Assembly (NCBI GenBank): GCA_037142195.1
Contig: JBAXBA010000016.1
Location: 1 to 52,454 of the forward strand
DNA: 52,454 nt
Direction of reading: 5' to 3'
From: Pseudomonadota bacterium
GTDB taxonomy: Bacteria; Bdellovibrionota_B; Oligoflexia; Oligoflexales; CAIMVM01
Shown: piece after piece, positions 36,685 to 46,914 of the stretch
How the letters are laid out: the number at the start of each line of letters is the position of its first letter
Position numbering within the stretch: the stretch's first letter is position 1
Position numbers and translations under genes: made by a program
The notes under the pieces: generated by a model
Told to the model about the DNA's origin: nothing
Seen by the model: only the letters and a program-made list of their open reading frames with translations
The model's database searches: none

Positions 36685-38004
36685 CTACTTGCCAGTTAGC
36701 CTAGCAGGCTGGCCAGTAGTCTCCAACACATTGAACCACAGCTCACCATGCTCCTTAATTCGTTGGGATTGTCCCTCTAGGGCGTCTAAGGGCACGTGGG
36801 TCATTCTCCCATGCCAGTAACCTATCATTACGCCTGTTTTACCCGCCATGGCTGCATGAACTGCCATTTGCGCAAAGCGAGCACATAGGAGTTGATCTGC
36901 TGGGTTGGCTATTTCTGAGCGTATCATATAGCTGGGATCGATATATTTTATGGTTACAGGTTTACCTGCCTTTGCAAAATATTCGGTGATTCTCTTCTTA
37001 AGAAACTCGCCGATATTACCTAAAACTTGATTGCCGCTGGGATCCTTTTCGCCTTGTATGGCATCAAAGTATTTCTGTCCCGCACCTTCGGCAACCACAA
37101 TGACTGCATTATGTTTTTCTTCCAGACGGGTCTCTAGAATCTTTAAAAGGCCCCCGCTTCCCTCAAGGTCAAAATCCGCCTCAGGGATCAAACAATAATT
37201 CACATGCCCACTAGCCAAAGTAGCTGTGGCGGCAATATACCCTGAATGCCTCCCCATCAGCCTTACTAAGCCAATGCATCGATCAAAACTTTGAGCTTCG
37301 ACATGGGCCGCATGTAGCGCTTGGCAAGCTACTTCAGTCGCCGTTTCAAATCCGAAGGACTTACGCACGAAGGGAATGTCATTATCAATCGTTTTTGGAA
37401 CTCCTACGATAGATATTTGGAGTCCGCGTCTTTCAACTTCCTTCTGAATGGCACGAGCTCCATGCATCGTTCCGTCCCCACCCACGGTGAAAAGTATCTG
37501 GATATTTTGCTCTACCAAGCAGTCCACAATTTCAGGGGCTGGTGGAGTGCCGCGACTCGTCCCAAGAATCGTACCACCCATATCATGGATATCTGCAACC
37601 ACTTCTGGATTGAGAATTTTAAAGGATCGGCGATTACGACCTAATCCATGATAACCAAAGCGCACGCCGACAATGGAGCGGATTCCATAGCGGTCAAACG
37701 CCTGTAAAACAATGGCTCTAACAACCGTGTTAATACCAGGACAAAGACCCCCACAAGTCACAATTGCCATCTTTGTGTTTGCCGGATCAAAGGCCAACAT
37801 TTTCCTAGGCCCAGCCACTTCAAATGCAGGCAACTTTTGTTTTGCGTGAAACAGCACCTCTGCATCTGGAAGATGCGGATTGCATAAGAGCTTAGTTTCG
37901 TCATCCACAAAATCTTTGCCAATGGGCATTGCAATGGGGTTTCTAATTCCAATGGATCTCAGACTAGGCACCTCAAAGTCAAATTGTCTTTCTATATCTG
38001 CCAC
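36685..38004 (-). CDS. pfkA: ATP-dependent 6-phosphofructokinase (group X type)
   Basis: TCGGLCPGIN, GGTILGTSRG, GGDGT, PKTIDND, LMGRHSG, VAEGAGQ, KYIDPSYMIRS. Confidence 0.95.
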   Translation of the reverse strand: MADIERQFDFEVPSLRSIGIRNPIAMPIGKDFVDDETKLLCNPHLPDAEVLFHAKQKLPAFEVAGPRKMLAFDPANTKMAIVTCGGLCPGINTVVRAIVLQAFDRYGIRSIVGVRFGYHGLGRNRRSFKILNPEVVADIHDMGGTILGTSRGTPPAPEIVDCLVEQNIQILFTVGGDGTMHGARAIQKEVERRGLQISIVGVPKTIDNDIPFVRKSFGFETATEVACQALHAAHVEAQSFDRCIGLVRLMGRHSGYIAATATLASGHVNYCLIPEADFDLEGSGGLLKILETRLEEKHNAVIVVAEGAGQKYFDAIQGEKDPSGNQVLGNIGEFLKKRITEYFAKAGKPVTIKYIDPSYMIRSEIANPADQLLCARFAQMAVHAAMAGKTGVMIGYWHGRMTHVPLDALEGQSQRIKEHGELWFNVLETTGQPARLTGK

Positions 38005-38131
38005 GATCTAAATTCCCCCAAGTCCTTGATGTAAGTCCTCAGACTCCCAGATTTTTTATAAGTTGGCAATGAGTCTCGTAATATGTTAATAACCCGCCGA
38101 ACTGACCTGAACGGGGTCTAGGGGGTTATTT

Positions 38132-39199
38132 TTGGATTTCTATTCTCAAAATCGGGAAGACTTAACTAACGAATGGGGTCGGCTAGGGGTCAGTCTCGCG
38201 CATGTGCGCACCATTATGGCAGGCGCCTATAAGAAACTAAGCCCTTGCCCATGGTCAGAGGCTACCCCGCCACGACTGCTTAAAAATTGGCTAGACGACC
38301 ACGCCCAGGTTCTTAAAGTTGAGCGCTCAAAGATTCAAGTGTCTATGTATGACAGCAGTGTAAAATTTCTTTTTAAACTCGATGACGGCTATGAAGTGGA
38401 ATCAGTGTTAATGCCGGAATCAAGTCGCATTACCATTTGTTTGTCGTCTCAGGTAGGATGTGCTCAAGGATGCATTTTTTGTTTTACAGGAAAAATGGGT
38501 TTAAAACGCAACCTTCGCGCCAGTGAAATCTTAATTCAAGTTATCGAAGCAAATCGATGGATTGAAGAAAATGTTAATTGGCTTAAAGCTCTAAACTTGC
38601 CAAGTTTTCAGCGCATCACAAATGTTGTCTTTATGGGAATGGGTGAGCCCTTAGACAATCTCGATGAAGTTGCAAAAGCAGTCTCCATTATGACAGATCC
38701 ATGGGGTTTAAATTTAGCCGCAAGAAAAATAACAATATCGACTGCTGGGCATTTAGATGGCTTAAAAGCTGCTTTAGAATCTATGCCGAACATTTCTTAC
38801 GCCCTGAGTATGCACGCCACTTCTGAATCAGAACGTTCAAAATTAATGCCCATTAATCGCCGCTTTCCCCTTGGAAACATCCTCGACTTTCTTAGGGAAA
38901 AAAGTAAATCCTACGAAAAAGACTTCTTAATTCAATATACAGTTATTCATAATGTAAATGACTCCATACAAGATGCTTCCCAACTTGCTGAGCTGCTTAA
39001 AGATATCAACGTAAAAGTAAATCTCATTCCACTCAATCCCATCGAGCCTTCGAGACTAAACTCTCCTGACCCAAAACGATTAGAAGCTTTTAGAGACCTT
39101 TTGTATGAAAAAGGAATCCGAGTGATGGTCCGGTATAGTAAGGGACAGGATATTATGGCCGCATGCGGACAATTGGTCACAAATCGCCTTCCTTCCTAG
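38132..39199 (+). CDS. rlmN: 23S rRNA m2A2503 radical SAM methyltransferase
   Basis: TICLSSQVGC, CAQGCIFC, VFMGMGEP, G.DI.AACGQL. Confidence 0.95.
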   Translation: MDFYSQNREDLTNEWGRLGVSLAHVRTIMAGAYKKLSPCPWSEATPPRLLKNWLDDHAQVLKVERSKIQVSMYDSSVKFLFKLDDGYEVESVLMPESSRITICLSSQVGCAQGCIFCFTGKMGLKRNLRASEILIQVIEANRWIEENVNWLKALNLPSFQRITNVVFMGMGEPLDNLDEVAKAVSIMTDPWGLNLAARKITISTAGHLDGLKAALESMPNISYALSMHATSESERSKLMPINRRFPLGNILDFLREKSKSYEKDFLIQYTVIHNVNDSIQDASQLAELLKDINVKVNLIPLNPIEPSRLNSPDPKRLEAFRDLLYEKGIRVMVRYSKGQDIMAACGQLVTNRLPS

Positions 39200-39380
39200 C
39201 CCTGAAGAAGATTCCACAAGTCCTGGTTCTCTAAATAAGCCATGGGTATACCCATTAAACCTATTATTTTTAGATAGTTGGCCCCAAAAGCTGCGATTTC
39301 GCCCCACAAAAACTCAAAGGAATACTGCGACTTACCGAGAAGGAGGGGGGATTTTATCTGGTTCACGAAGGGACAAGACA

Positions 39381-41732
39381 GTGTCAGCCAAAGAGCCAAA
39401 ACTACTCTATCAATCCAAGCAGTTTCGCTTTCGCGTACTACTTCACAGAGAGTATTGTCAGCAGCACCCGATCCCTCAAGAAGAGATCATTCAGCGATGT
39501 AAATTGAAGATTTCCCAACTTATGTCTGAAAAAATCATTGAAGACCACGTGTTTAATGAAGCTAAATACCGTCAAATTTGGGAACTCCTTTCTAAGCCAG
39601 AATGTCAAGTAGAGTCCGTGGCGCTTACTGTCGGTTTGGGCATTCCCTCGCTCAAGTGGCTTGTGATCAAACAAGGCGGAAGTGGAGCTTTGTGCAAAGT
39701 GTCATTACATGACTCGCAAGCTGCGCTGGCACTGGGAATCCACTCTTTTATAATGATTGTCAAACGTAAGTTAGAGCGCGCTAATATCAAAGAACTACCG
39801 AACGAATCGCAGCTACAAGCATGCTTCCTCCGTTCTGCATCCGAATGGCCAGTGGAAAATATTCCTATCACTGCTCAACAACCATTCTCAGAAAGTCAAA
39901 ATAAATCAGTTACCGTATCTGTAAATAAATCTAGGCTAGAAGTTTCTCTTTTAATTAGAGATTCGAAGGCGTTCCTAAGTGTTACCGAAGAATCATTGCT
40001 TTCCTTAGGTAAAAAGAGCGCCCTTGCACTGAGCGAAGAAACTGGGGTTGAAGTTAAGACAAGCCCAGAAATATTTAAAGAAATTTGGAAAGAATTTAGC
40101 ACAGGACCAATGGCGCTTGGAATTGGCATTCCTAAGGCAGTTGTGATCGCATACGGCAAGTGGGTTTCTGATCCAAAGTTACCTTCTCCCCTACCAGGAC
40201 CACAGCCTAGCCCAACGCGCTCAAACTCATTAAGTGAGACCAAGAGACCAACATCAGAAAAAGAGTCTCAACAGGCTCAAAAGTCTGATTTAGAAATGAA
40301 CGTAAGCGACAATGATATGATTGCGAGGGTAGTAAGTTTCCAAAAATCTATCTATGAGAACAAGAATTTGGTTCTCAACGAAGAGTGGCTTGAATTGCAA
40401 ATAGCAAAGCTCAAACTAGCGCAAGAATCATTTATTCCGTATAAGTCTCAACTTCTTTTCGCCCTGGAAAGTCAAAAGGATTTGACCGGTATGACCCTAG
40501 CGACCGGAGAGCTTGGGGTTGCAGGAGAGGAACCGTACCTCCACCCATCTTACAAGCATGCTAGAGAAAAGTTCATTAAAGAACATGAAGGTGACTTCAT
40601 TGATCTTAGGAATCTACAGTCTTCAGAGATTGTCAAACCTGGGGATCTTGTTGCAGAGATTCTATACCGAACGCCAGCAAAGCCTGGTAGAGATATCTTT
40701 GGTAAAGTTCTTGACCCTCCTGCCGGTGCTGGCTTGAAAATTACTACAGGTCCAGGTTTGCAAGCTAAAAAAGGCGGCCGCTTTTTTGCGACAGAGCCAG
40801 GAACTCCTGTTATTAGGGGACTTAGTATCTCACTTCAAAAAATCTATGTCCACCAGGGAGATGTCTCACTTAAATCTGGCAATATTGTATATGACGGTCC
40901 TATAGAAATCCGTGGAAATATTGATCGAGGCGCTTCCGTCATCGGGACGGGCCCCATATCTATCTATGGCAACGTCGAAGGTGGTATCGTAAAAAGCCAA
41001 ACTTCGATTTTTGTCGAAGGCGGCGTCATTACAACAGACCAAGGTAGGCTCGAAGCAGTAGGAAATATTGAAGCCTACCACATAGAAAACTCTCGTATCC
41101 ATTGCGGGGGCATTCTTAAGGTAGAAAAGACCCTTTTAAATTCTAACGTCTTTGCAGGTATTGGAATCGAAGTCAGTCCAGCAGACGGAGGAATCATTGC
41201 GGGAGGAAAACTTGCAGCGACTGGGCACTTGTATACTTTTAATCTTGGCCTAAAAAATGGTACAAAAACTTTTGTAAATATAGGTTGTGATTGGAAAAAT
41301 GAATATTCCACCCAGATAGCCGAAGCTCGCTTGGAGCGCGTAACACAAGCATCCGAAAGAGATAGAGCAAACCTAAGAGACTTAGCTGGCCGCAAAGCTA
41401 CATCACTTGCCAAAAAGCATATAGAAATGAAAGCAGAGCTTCAAAAACGGCTCATCAAATCAAGAAGAATTATGGAAAAGCTTACAAACCGCATCCAAAG
41501 TTTGAAATCAAAAATTTCCGTAAATCCTAACGCAGAAATCATTGTTCACAACTTATTATTTGCCACTTCTCAGATAAAGATTGGCAACAAATCAGCCCCA
41601 ATCGCCAATGACTACCGAGAAGTCGCAATAACTCCTAAATTAGGCAAAGAAGGCTACATCATCAGTCTAGAAGAATTCTTAGAAGCTAAAAAAACTAAAG
41701 CACAGGCCTTAGAAATTGCCAATAAGAAATAG
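39381..41732 (+). CDS. FapA/DUF342 flagellar assembly protein with long N-terminal extension
   Basis: IDLRNL....VKPGD.VA, G.D.FG, GDVSLKSGNI.YDG.IEI.GNI beta-helix, C-terminal coiled coil. Confidence 0.8.
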   Translation: MSAKEPKLLYQSKQFRFRVLLHREYCQQHPIPQEEIIQRCKLKISQLMSEKIIEDHVFNEAKYRQIWELLSKPECQVESVALTVGLGIPSLKWLVIKQGGSGALCKVSLHDSQAALALGIHSFIMIVKRKLERANIKELPNESQLQACFLRSASEWPVENIPITAQQPFSESQNKSVTVSVNKSRLEVSLLIRDSKAFLSVTEESLLSLGKKSALALSEETGVEVKTSPEIFKEIWKEFSTGPMALGIGIPKAVVIAYGKWVSDPKLPSPLPGPQPSPTRSNSLSETKRPTSEKESQQAQKSDLEMNVSDNDMIARVVSFQKSIYENKNLVLNEEWLELQIAKLKLAQESFIPYKSQLLFALESQKDLTGMTLATGELGVAGEEPYLHPSYKHAREKFIKEHEGDFIDLRNLQSSEIVKPGDLVAEILYRTPAKPGRDIFGKVLDPPAGAGLKITTGPGLQAKKGGRFFATEPGTPVIRGLSISLQKIYVHQGDVSLKSGNIVYDGPIEIRGNIDRGASVIGTGPISIYGNVEGGIVKSQTSIFVEGGVITTDQGRLEAVGNIEAYHIENSRIHCGGILKVEKTLLNSNVFAGIGIEVSPADGGIIAGGKLAATGHLYTFNLGLKNGTKTFVNIGCDWKNEYSTQIAEARLERVTQASERDRANLRDLAGRKATSLAKKHIEMKAELQKRLIKSRRIMEKLTNRIQSLKSKISVNPNAEIIVHNLLFATSQIKIGNKSAPIANDYREVAITPKLGKEGYIISLEEFLEAKKTKAQALEIANKK

Positions 41733-41951
41733 TCTAGAAACTTTCAATGGAACTAAATGACTGTCTAGCTATGATGGCTCATCGAGCGCACTAAGGCGCA
41801 TAAGGCTCAATCTCACAAATGTTAGAAATCAAACTCTCAATATCTGGAGGAAAAGGGCTGGGCTGATAGCAACTACTAGGACTTTCAACTATGGAAAAAC
41901 AATTCCTAGGATTATATAAAGATTATAAAACACCTTTTATAGGCCCAACGA

Positions 41952-41988
41952 AACAGATACTAAGCATCAACAGATACTAAGCATCAAC
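41952..41988. repeat. 17-nt perfect tandem repeat, 2 copies plus partial
   Basis: AACAGATACTAAGCATC at 41952-41968 and 41969-41985. Confidence 0.9.
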
Positions 41989-42399
41989 TGATGCTCTCAA
42001 CGCCAAAGGAAATTGCAGCTACCAATGTGGCACATGTCACCTGAGGGATAAGTTTCTAGGGAGAAAGTGCAGCGGTTTCTTTTGCCGTTAGAAGCAGCAC
42101 TAGGACTATAAATAACTTTTCTTTCAAATATACACTTTAAATCGATTTGTCATAGTTTCTTCTAGCCCGCAAAAAAATATGACAATATTTCCTTTAGGAA
42201 AAAACCGCTGGTTTCTTGATGCCGCAATTTGTTAATGCTGAAATATCCCCATCAAAACTCTATCCCGACTAACGATGGCAATCTGCCCATAAATCTTCGG
42301 TCTCGCAGCGAAATGCTGTCGCTTCACAATTTAGCCCCCAAAAAAATGCAAACCTTGGCACAAGCAACCATAAAACGGACACAATGAAGTTACATGATC

Positions 42400-43248
42400 C
42401 TTAGCCAAGTCTAATTATTTTTTCTTTGCTGCCGAATATGGATTATCGCCTCCAAAAGACCGACTGTAAACTTCGTGTCTTCTTCAGATTACAATCCGAT
42501 TTTAATATGATGGCCATAAATGTTCTTTTAAATTGTTGAAGAATGGTTTGAATTCCACTGCTGCTTCCCCACATTTTCCAAGTAAAAGAAAATCTGCTTC
42601 TTAAAACTCGCCCTTAACGCTGCCTCGGCTTTGGATTTCAGCTGCTGAGACATATCTAATATCAGAATTTTTGATTCTAGCGCTTCCTTGCAGCCACACG
42701 TAAAGCCGATGCCGAGTTTGGTTTCAGCAAGCTCTTCGCGACTCATTTGCTGCGTAATCGCTGAAGGCTTGCATGTAGTAATTTTCTAATAAAATCTTCC
42801 TCGGCTGCTAGTTGACAAATTTTGAATAGCGATACTTTCAAGACCAAAATGATTCTTTATTGCTGTTTCCATTAAATGCCTGCAGACTACAACTGAAGCA
42901 ATGTGCGGCCCAATTTCTTGTACCATCTCGCAGCCTCGGCCATCCACTCCCTCAGCATGGATGACACCAATACGTTTGTTTCAAATCTAGCTTCCCGTGT
43001 TAGGGATTCAATCACCTAGGCAATCGTTCTTTCAGCTGTTTTAAAGTTCAAAACTTAGAGGTCGTCTGTTTGATTAAAGCTGTGATCCACAGCTGACCTA
43101 TCTGCAGTGGGTGGATCCTTTCTTGAGATGCCTGCCGTATTACTAGTATCAAATTTAACTTCGCTGTCAACTTTTTGAGCTTGGCAAGACAGCATCGAAG
43201 CTAAAATTGCTCAGCACTAGAAAAATCGCGCTAATGTCTCATTGTCAT
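42400..43248 (-). pseudogene. decayed lipoprotein gene (boundaries approximate)
   Basis: disrupted signal peptide ending in lipobox AILASMLS-C (Cys codon 43184-43186), followed by protein-like frames broken by stops and frameshifts, including ORF 42528-42746. Confidence 0.45.
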
Positions 43249-43495
43249 ATCCAATATCCGAAATGATTGCGCAAGCCTAACCATTAAAGACCAAGCAAAA
43301 TTGGTAAGCTTGTCAATAATGACGTCCGTAGGAGATTTTTTAAAATCCGCGAGAGGACCATCTCTACAAGATATTTAAAACACTTTTCTCAGGTGTGAAT
43401 TTAGCCGACACTTTAGTTACTACTCGAGAGCCTACAGCAGCCCTAAAATAGAGAAAAAATATTTTAGGTAATACTTTTAGTTTTCAAATTTAGAA

Positions 43496-44203
43496 TTAGA
43501 AATAGTATTTTAATTGAGAAGAATCTATTTTATGTTTATCGATAAACTTTGAGAGTCGCTCCTCTGCATCACCTATAAATTCTGAAAATCTAAGTGCTGT
43601 TCCCTCATTATTTTCACCAGACAGGGAGCGAACTACCTCGCCATTAATCTTTATGGGTTTATTTAGACCATCGAGTTCTAGGGTTACCAAAGCTTGCGCA
43701 CCAGCTTCTAAATGCTTGCCAGAAATCAAAACTCCAGTATTTGAAATGTCAATGATACCAAACTCAGTCGAATGCCCGGAAGCAAGCACCGTTGCTCTTC
43801 CGTAAACTTCAACCCTCGCGTTCGTACGTACTTGTTTATCCAAGAGTGCTTTAATCTTTTCTATAAAGAAGCTTACGGGTACGGGCTGCTCGATAAAAAG
43901 AATCGCACCGAGATCAAGAGCCTTTGCCTTAATCTTAGCTGACGACTGGACTGAAGTTACCACTACTGGAAGGTCTGAGAATTCTTTGGAGCTTTTCACT
44001 GTCTTTAAAAGTCTAGCAGGATCAATTTTGGTATAATCCAAATTAATCACCAATAAGTCATAATGCTTCTCTACGAGCTGATCAAAGCAAGACTTCACAT
44101 CATGAACACAAGCTACCTGGACACCCATTTTACGGTACCCCGCTCGCGCCAAATCCGCTGCGACTGTTCGATCATCGACCATTAGAAGTTTTAACATAGA
44201 CAT
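43496..44203 (-). CDS. receiver-like domain plus PilZ c-di-GMP effector
   Basis: LLMVDD receiver start; RTNAR (RxxxR) and DISNTG (DxSxxG) PilZ motifs. Confidence 0.88.
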   Translation of the reverse strand: MSMLKLLMVDDRTVAADLARAGYRKMGVQVACVHDVKSCFDQLVEKHYDLLVINLDYTKIDPARLLKTVKSSKEFSDLPVVVTSVQSSAKIKAKALDLGAILFIEQPVPVSFFIEKIKALLDKQVRTNARVEVYGRATVLASGHSTEFGIIDISNTGVLISGKHLEAGAQALVTLELDGLNKPIKINGEVVRSLSGENNEGTALRFSEFIGDAEERLSKFIDKHKIDSSQLKYYF

Positions 44204-44252
44204 CTGCTTCGCACTCCCTAATATAACCCTTGAATGAGTCCTTCTAGGAGAG

Positions 44253-44279
44253 GTATCGGCATGAGATCAAATTCATTTA
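44253..44279 (-). promoter_or_regulatory. sigma-28 promoter of the PilZ gene
   Basis: TAAA-N15-GCCGATAC. Confidence 0.75.
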
Positions 44280-44325
44280 CCCAAAATATAAAAAAAAATA
44301 ACCCAATATATCAGCACATTACCTA

Positions 44326-45072
44326 ATGCCTGAATATTACTCACTAAAAGACCTGCTTGTAGCCCGAGGTGTCGCTTTAGACCTTAAAGAAGCCACCGCT
44401 TTGATTCTCTCCGGAAAGGTCCTCGTTGATGAGCAAAAAATAGACAAACCCGGAACTAAGATCAAGGCTAATGCCGTTGTCCGTATTAAAGGGATTTCGA
44501 CTAAATATGTAAGCCGAGCAGGCGAAAAACTAGAAGGAATCGTTAAAGAGCTGGATCTCACACGTATTTTCGATTCTGCAACCGTCCTGGACGTCGGCTC
44601 CTCTACTGGTGGTTTCACAGATTTTTCTTTGCAAAATGGTGCTAAAGAAGTTTACGCGGTCGATGTAGGTACGAATCAAATTCACTGGAAACTAAGAAAT
44701 GATCCGAGAGTTCATGTCTATGAAAAGACAGACATTAAAAAGTTTGAAAGACCATTACATGTCTCTTTCGATGTCATTGTCTGCGATGTTAGCTTTACTT
44801 CTATTACCTTTATCCTAGAATCAATCAAGGTGTTAGCATCTCCCTCGACCTATCTCTTTATGTTAATCAAACCCCAATTTGAAGCGGATCGGGCAGACGT
44901 TGAGTCAGGAGGATTGATAACCGATGAGTCCACAAGGACGAAAATCATAGAACGAGCTATTGAATCCATAAAAATTCAAGATTTTGAAATCATAGCCAAC
45001 CGCGACTCTACTCTAAGGGGCCGAATGGGAAATCTGGAATCCTGGGTGGTATGCCGGCCCACCTCTAGGTAA
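44326..45072 (+). CDS. tlyA: TlyA family rRNA 2'-O-methyltransferase
   Basis: S4 domain, YVSRAGEKL, LDVGSSTGGFTD, AVDVG..Q, DVSF.S, LIKPQFE, GN.E. Confidence 0.95.
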   Translation: MPEYYSLKDLLVARGVALDLKEATALILSGKVLVDEQKIDKPGTKIKANAVVRIKGISTKYVSRAGEKLEGIVKELDLTRIFDSATVLDVGSSTGGFTDFSLQNGAKEVYAVDVGTNQIHWKLRNDPRVHVYEKTDIKKFERPLHVSFDVIVCDVSFTSITFILESIKVLASPSTYLFMLIKPQFEADRADVESGGLITDESTRTKIIERAIESIKIQDFEIIANRDSTLRGRMGNLESWVVCRPTSR

Positions 45073-45297
45073 AGCGAAGAATCTTAAATTTTGGCCGAAA
45101 ATTCTAGTTATATGTAGTCCAACGCAAAGGAAATTCCGATCTCGATATCCCCCCCTTAAGAGGATTAAAACAATCTACAAATTGCAAGTATACCATTAGA
45201 ATCCAATGAATTGCTAAGCCAATCAATTTTTCCAAAGACACGGAAATCTTTAAAAGAATTCCATGAACCCCAAAAAAATGAATTGCCTCACGACAAA

Positions 45298-45561
45298 CTA
45301 ACTTAAGACGGACAATTTCTGTGAGATCTCACTGTCGCATTTGAAGCAATAATGAATCCATGCTGCATCTAAAAGCGATACTTCTCCATCAGAGGTCTGA
45401 TTTATAAAGCCGTCTTCAAGTGCATATTCAAAGAATTCCATATCTATATTAAAGAATAGGGCTGCTTCGTTTGTTGATATGGTCAAATCCTCATACTGAA
45501 GGGGATCATGACCGATTTCAATGAGTGCTGAAATGAATACTTGCCTATCAACTTGAAACAT
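45298..45561 (-). CDS. small acidic hypothetical protein (possible HTH-like)
   Basis: 87-aa ORF with GAGGGG SD; FISALIEIGHDP, LLDAAW. Confidence 0.7.
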   Translation of the reverse strand: MFQVDRQVFISALIEIGHDPLQYEDLTISTNEAALFFNIDMEFFEYALEDGFINQTSDGEVSLLDAAWIHYCFKCDSEISQKLSVLS

Positions 45562-45653
45562 GAATTCCCCTCAAATGTTCATGAGACAATTATGAACCCA
45601 ATTGTTAATTAAGCTCAATCGGTAAGAAAGTTCTAACTGAAATTGTTAGCAAA

Positions 45654-46805
45654 TTAGGCAAAAAGAACGTCTGCGGCGAGCCTCTGAATTTCATTAGAAG
45701 GCAAATCTAATAGACTTGCAGCTGTTTGATTCAAAATATCTTGGTCAAGCAGATGCTTCCCGGCTACGAGCAAAGCCGCTCTCAGCCAATTTGAAGTCTG
45801 GTTTTCAAGCGACTGTATCAAGTAGTTTCGGCAAAACTCATCGCCAAACTCCTCTTCCAAACTGGCAATAAACTCGCCGAAAACTGACATTTTAGGAAAA
45901 ATTTCTGACTGAACTAGACTCGAGAGAATAAATTTCCTATGACTACTTGGAGTCTGGAGAAAACATCTCTGCCAAGGTTCACACCACTGTAAAAACTCCA
46001 ACAAAGATAAGGACTGACCCTGAGAAACTGCGAATCTTGCAGTCAATCTTTGGCCATCTATCGAAAGATCATAGGTTTGACCCTCCTCTTCCACTCGAAA
46101 GACAATGCCCGATTTCTCACAATTTATAAATCTATCCGAAAGAGGAGTTCTTGGATCTGCTTCTCGCAATTCCTTAAACAAATCCGAGAAAAGTGTACCT
46201 GGAACTAAATTTCCCTCGAGATTATAAGTCGAAACTACCTGGAGTTTTAGCTCATCTACCTGCCAAAGGCTTTGTTGTGATTGCAGTGCCTTAAACCAGC
46301 CCAACATCTCCAATGCAGCGTTATGATGCGGGTTTCTTTGATTCTTTTTTAGATTCTCATACCAGTCGTGAGAAAGTCCGCAAATTCTCTCTGAAGACTC
46401 AGAAAAAGGATATTCATACCAGACTGAAAAATAGTGGATCAAAAAACAGCGGTCTGCCTCCGCGGAAATAAGACTGGAATTTCCTAAGAGATCAAATGCT
46501 AAATCCAAAGTTTTGGGGCATCTAAATTGGTATCGAACGTCTATTTGAGATGAGATCGCTTCTAGAAAGAACTCACTGGAATGCCATCGTGCGTTCTTTG
46601 CAAATGCATAAATGATATCAATAACTGCAGCTGTTTTCGAAAGTTGTGAAACCGAATCCAAATGAATCAACTCAGAACTTAGGAGGCTATCTATTCGCAA
46701 ACCAATATACTTTGGAAGCGAACGTTCTATCCATTGGCTCTTGTAGACCAAATTGTTCATGTGAAAATCAAACAAAACAAGACTCCTAGATTCGATATGT
46801 TCCAT
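45654..46805 (-). CDS. hypothetical protein, helical C-terminus
   Basis: long ORF divergent from the TPR gene; GAGGGG SD before ATG at 46805. Confidence 0.7.
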   Translation of the reverse strand: MEHIESRSLVLFDFHMNNLVYKSQWIERSLPKYIGLRIDSLLSSELIHLDSVSQLSKTAAVIDIIYAFAKNARWHSSEFFLEAISSQIDVRYQFRCPKTLDLAFDLLGNSSLISAEADRCFLIHYFSVWYEYPFSESSERICGLSHDWYENLKKNQRNPHHNAALEMLGWFKALQSQQSLWQVDELKLQVVSTYNLEGNLVPGTLFSDLFKELREADPRTPLSDRFINCEKSGIVFRVEEEGQTYDLSIDGQRLTARFAVSQGQSLSLLEFLQWCEPWQRCFLQTPSSHRKFILSSLVQSEIFPKMSVFGEFIASLEEEFGDEFCRNYLIQSLENQTSNWLRAALLVAGKHLLDQDILNQTAASLLDLPSNEIQRLAADVLFA

Positions 46806-46914
46806 TATAACCCCTCTATCCCTAAAAAATGAAAGCAAGCCGATACACTTATTAGGTGAATTCATGTAAAATAAGGCATTATAGGTTTAATTTTTGCAAG
46901 TTGTATGGAAGCAA

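Noticed and set aside
41952..41995. CRISPR-like repeat
   Set aside because: Two adjacent 17-nt copies with no spacer and no cas genes; the repeat at 81-114 fails for the same reasons.
45616..45642. Possible sigma-28 promoter for the 87-aa gene (ACCGATTG)
   Set aside because: No TAAA-like -35 at 15-nt spacing.
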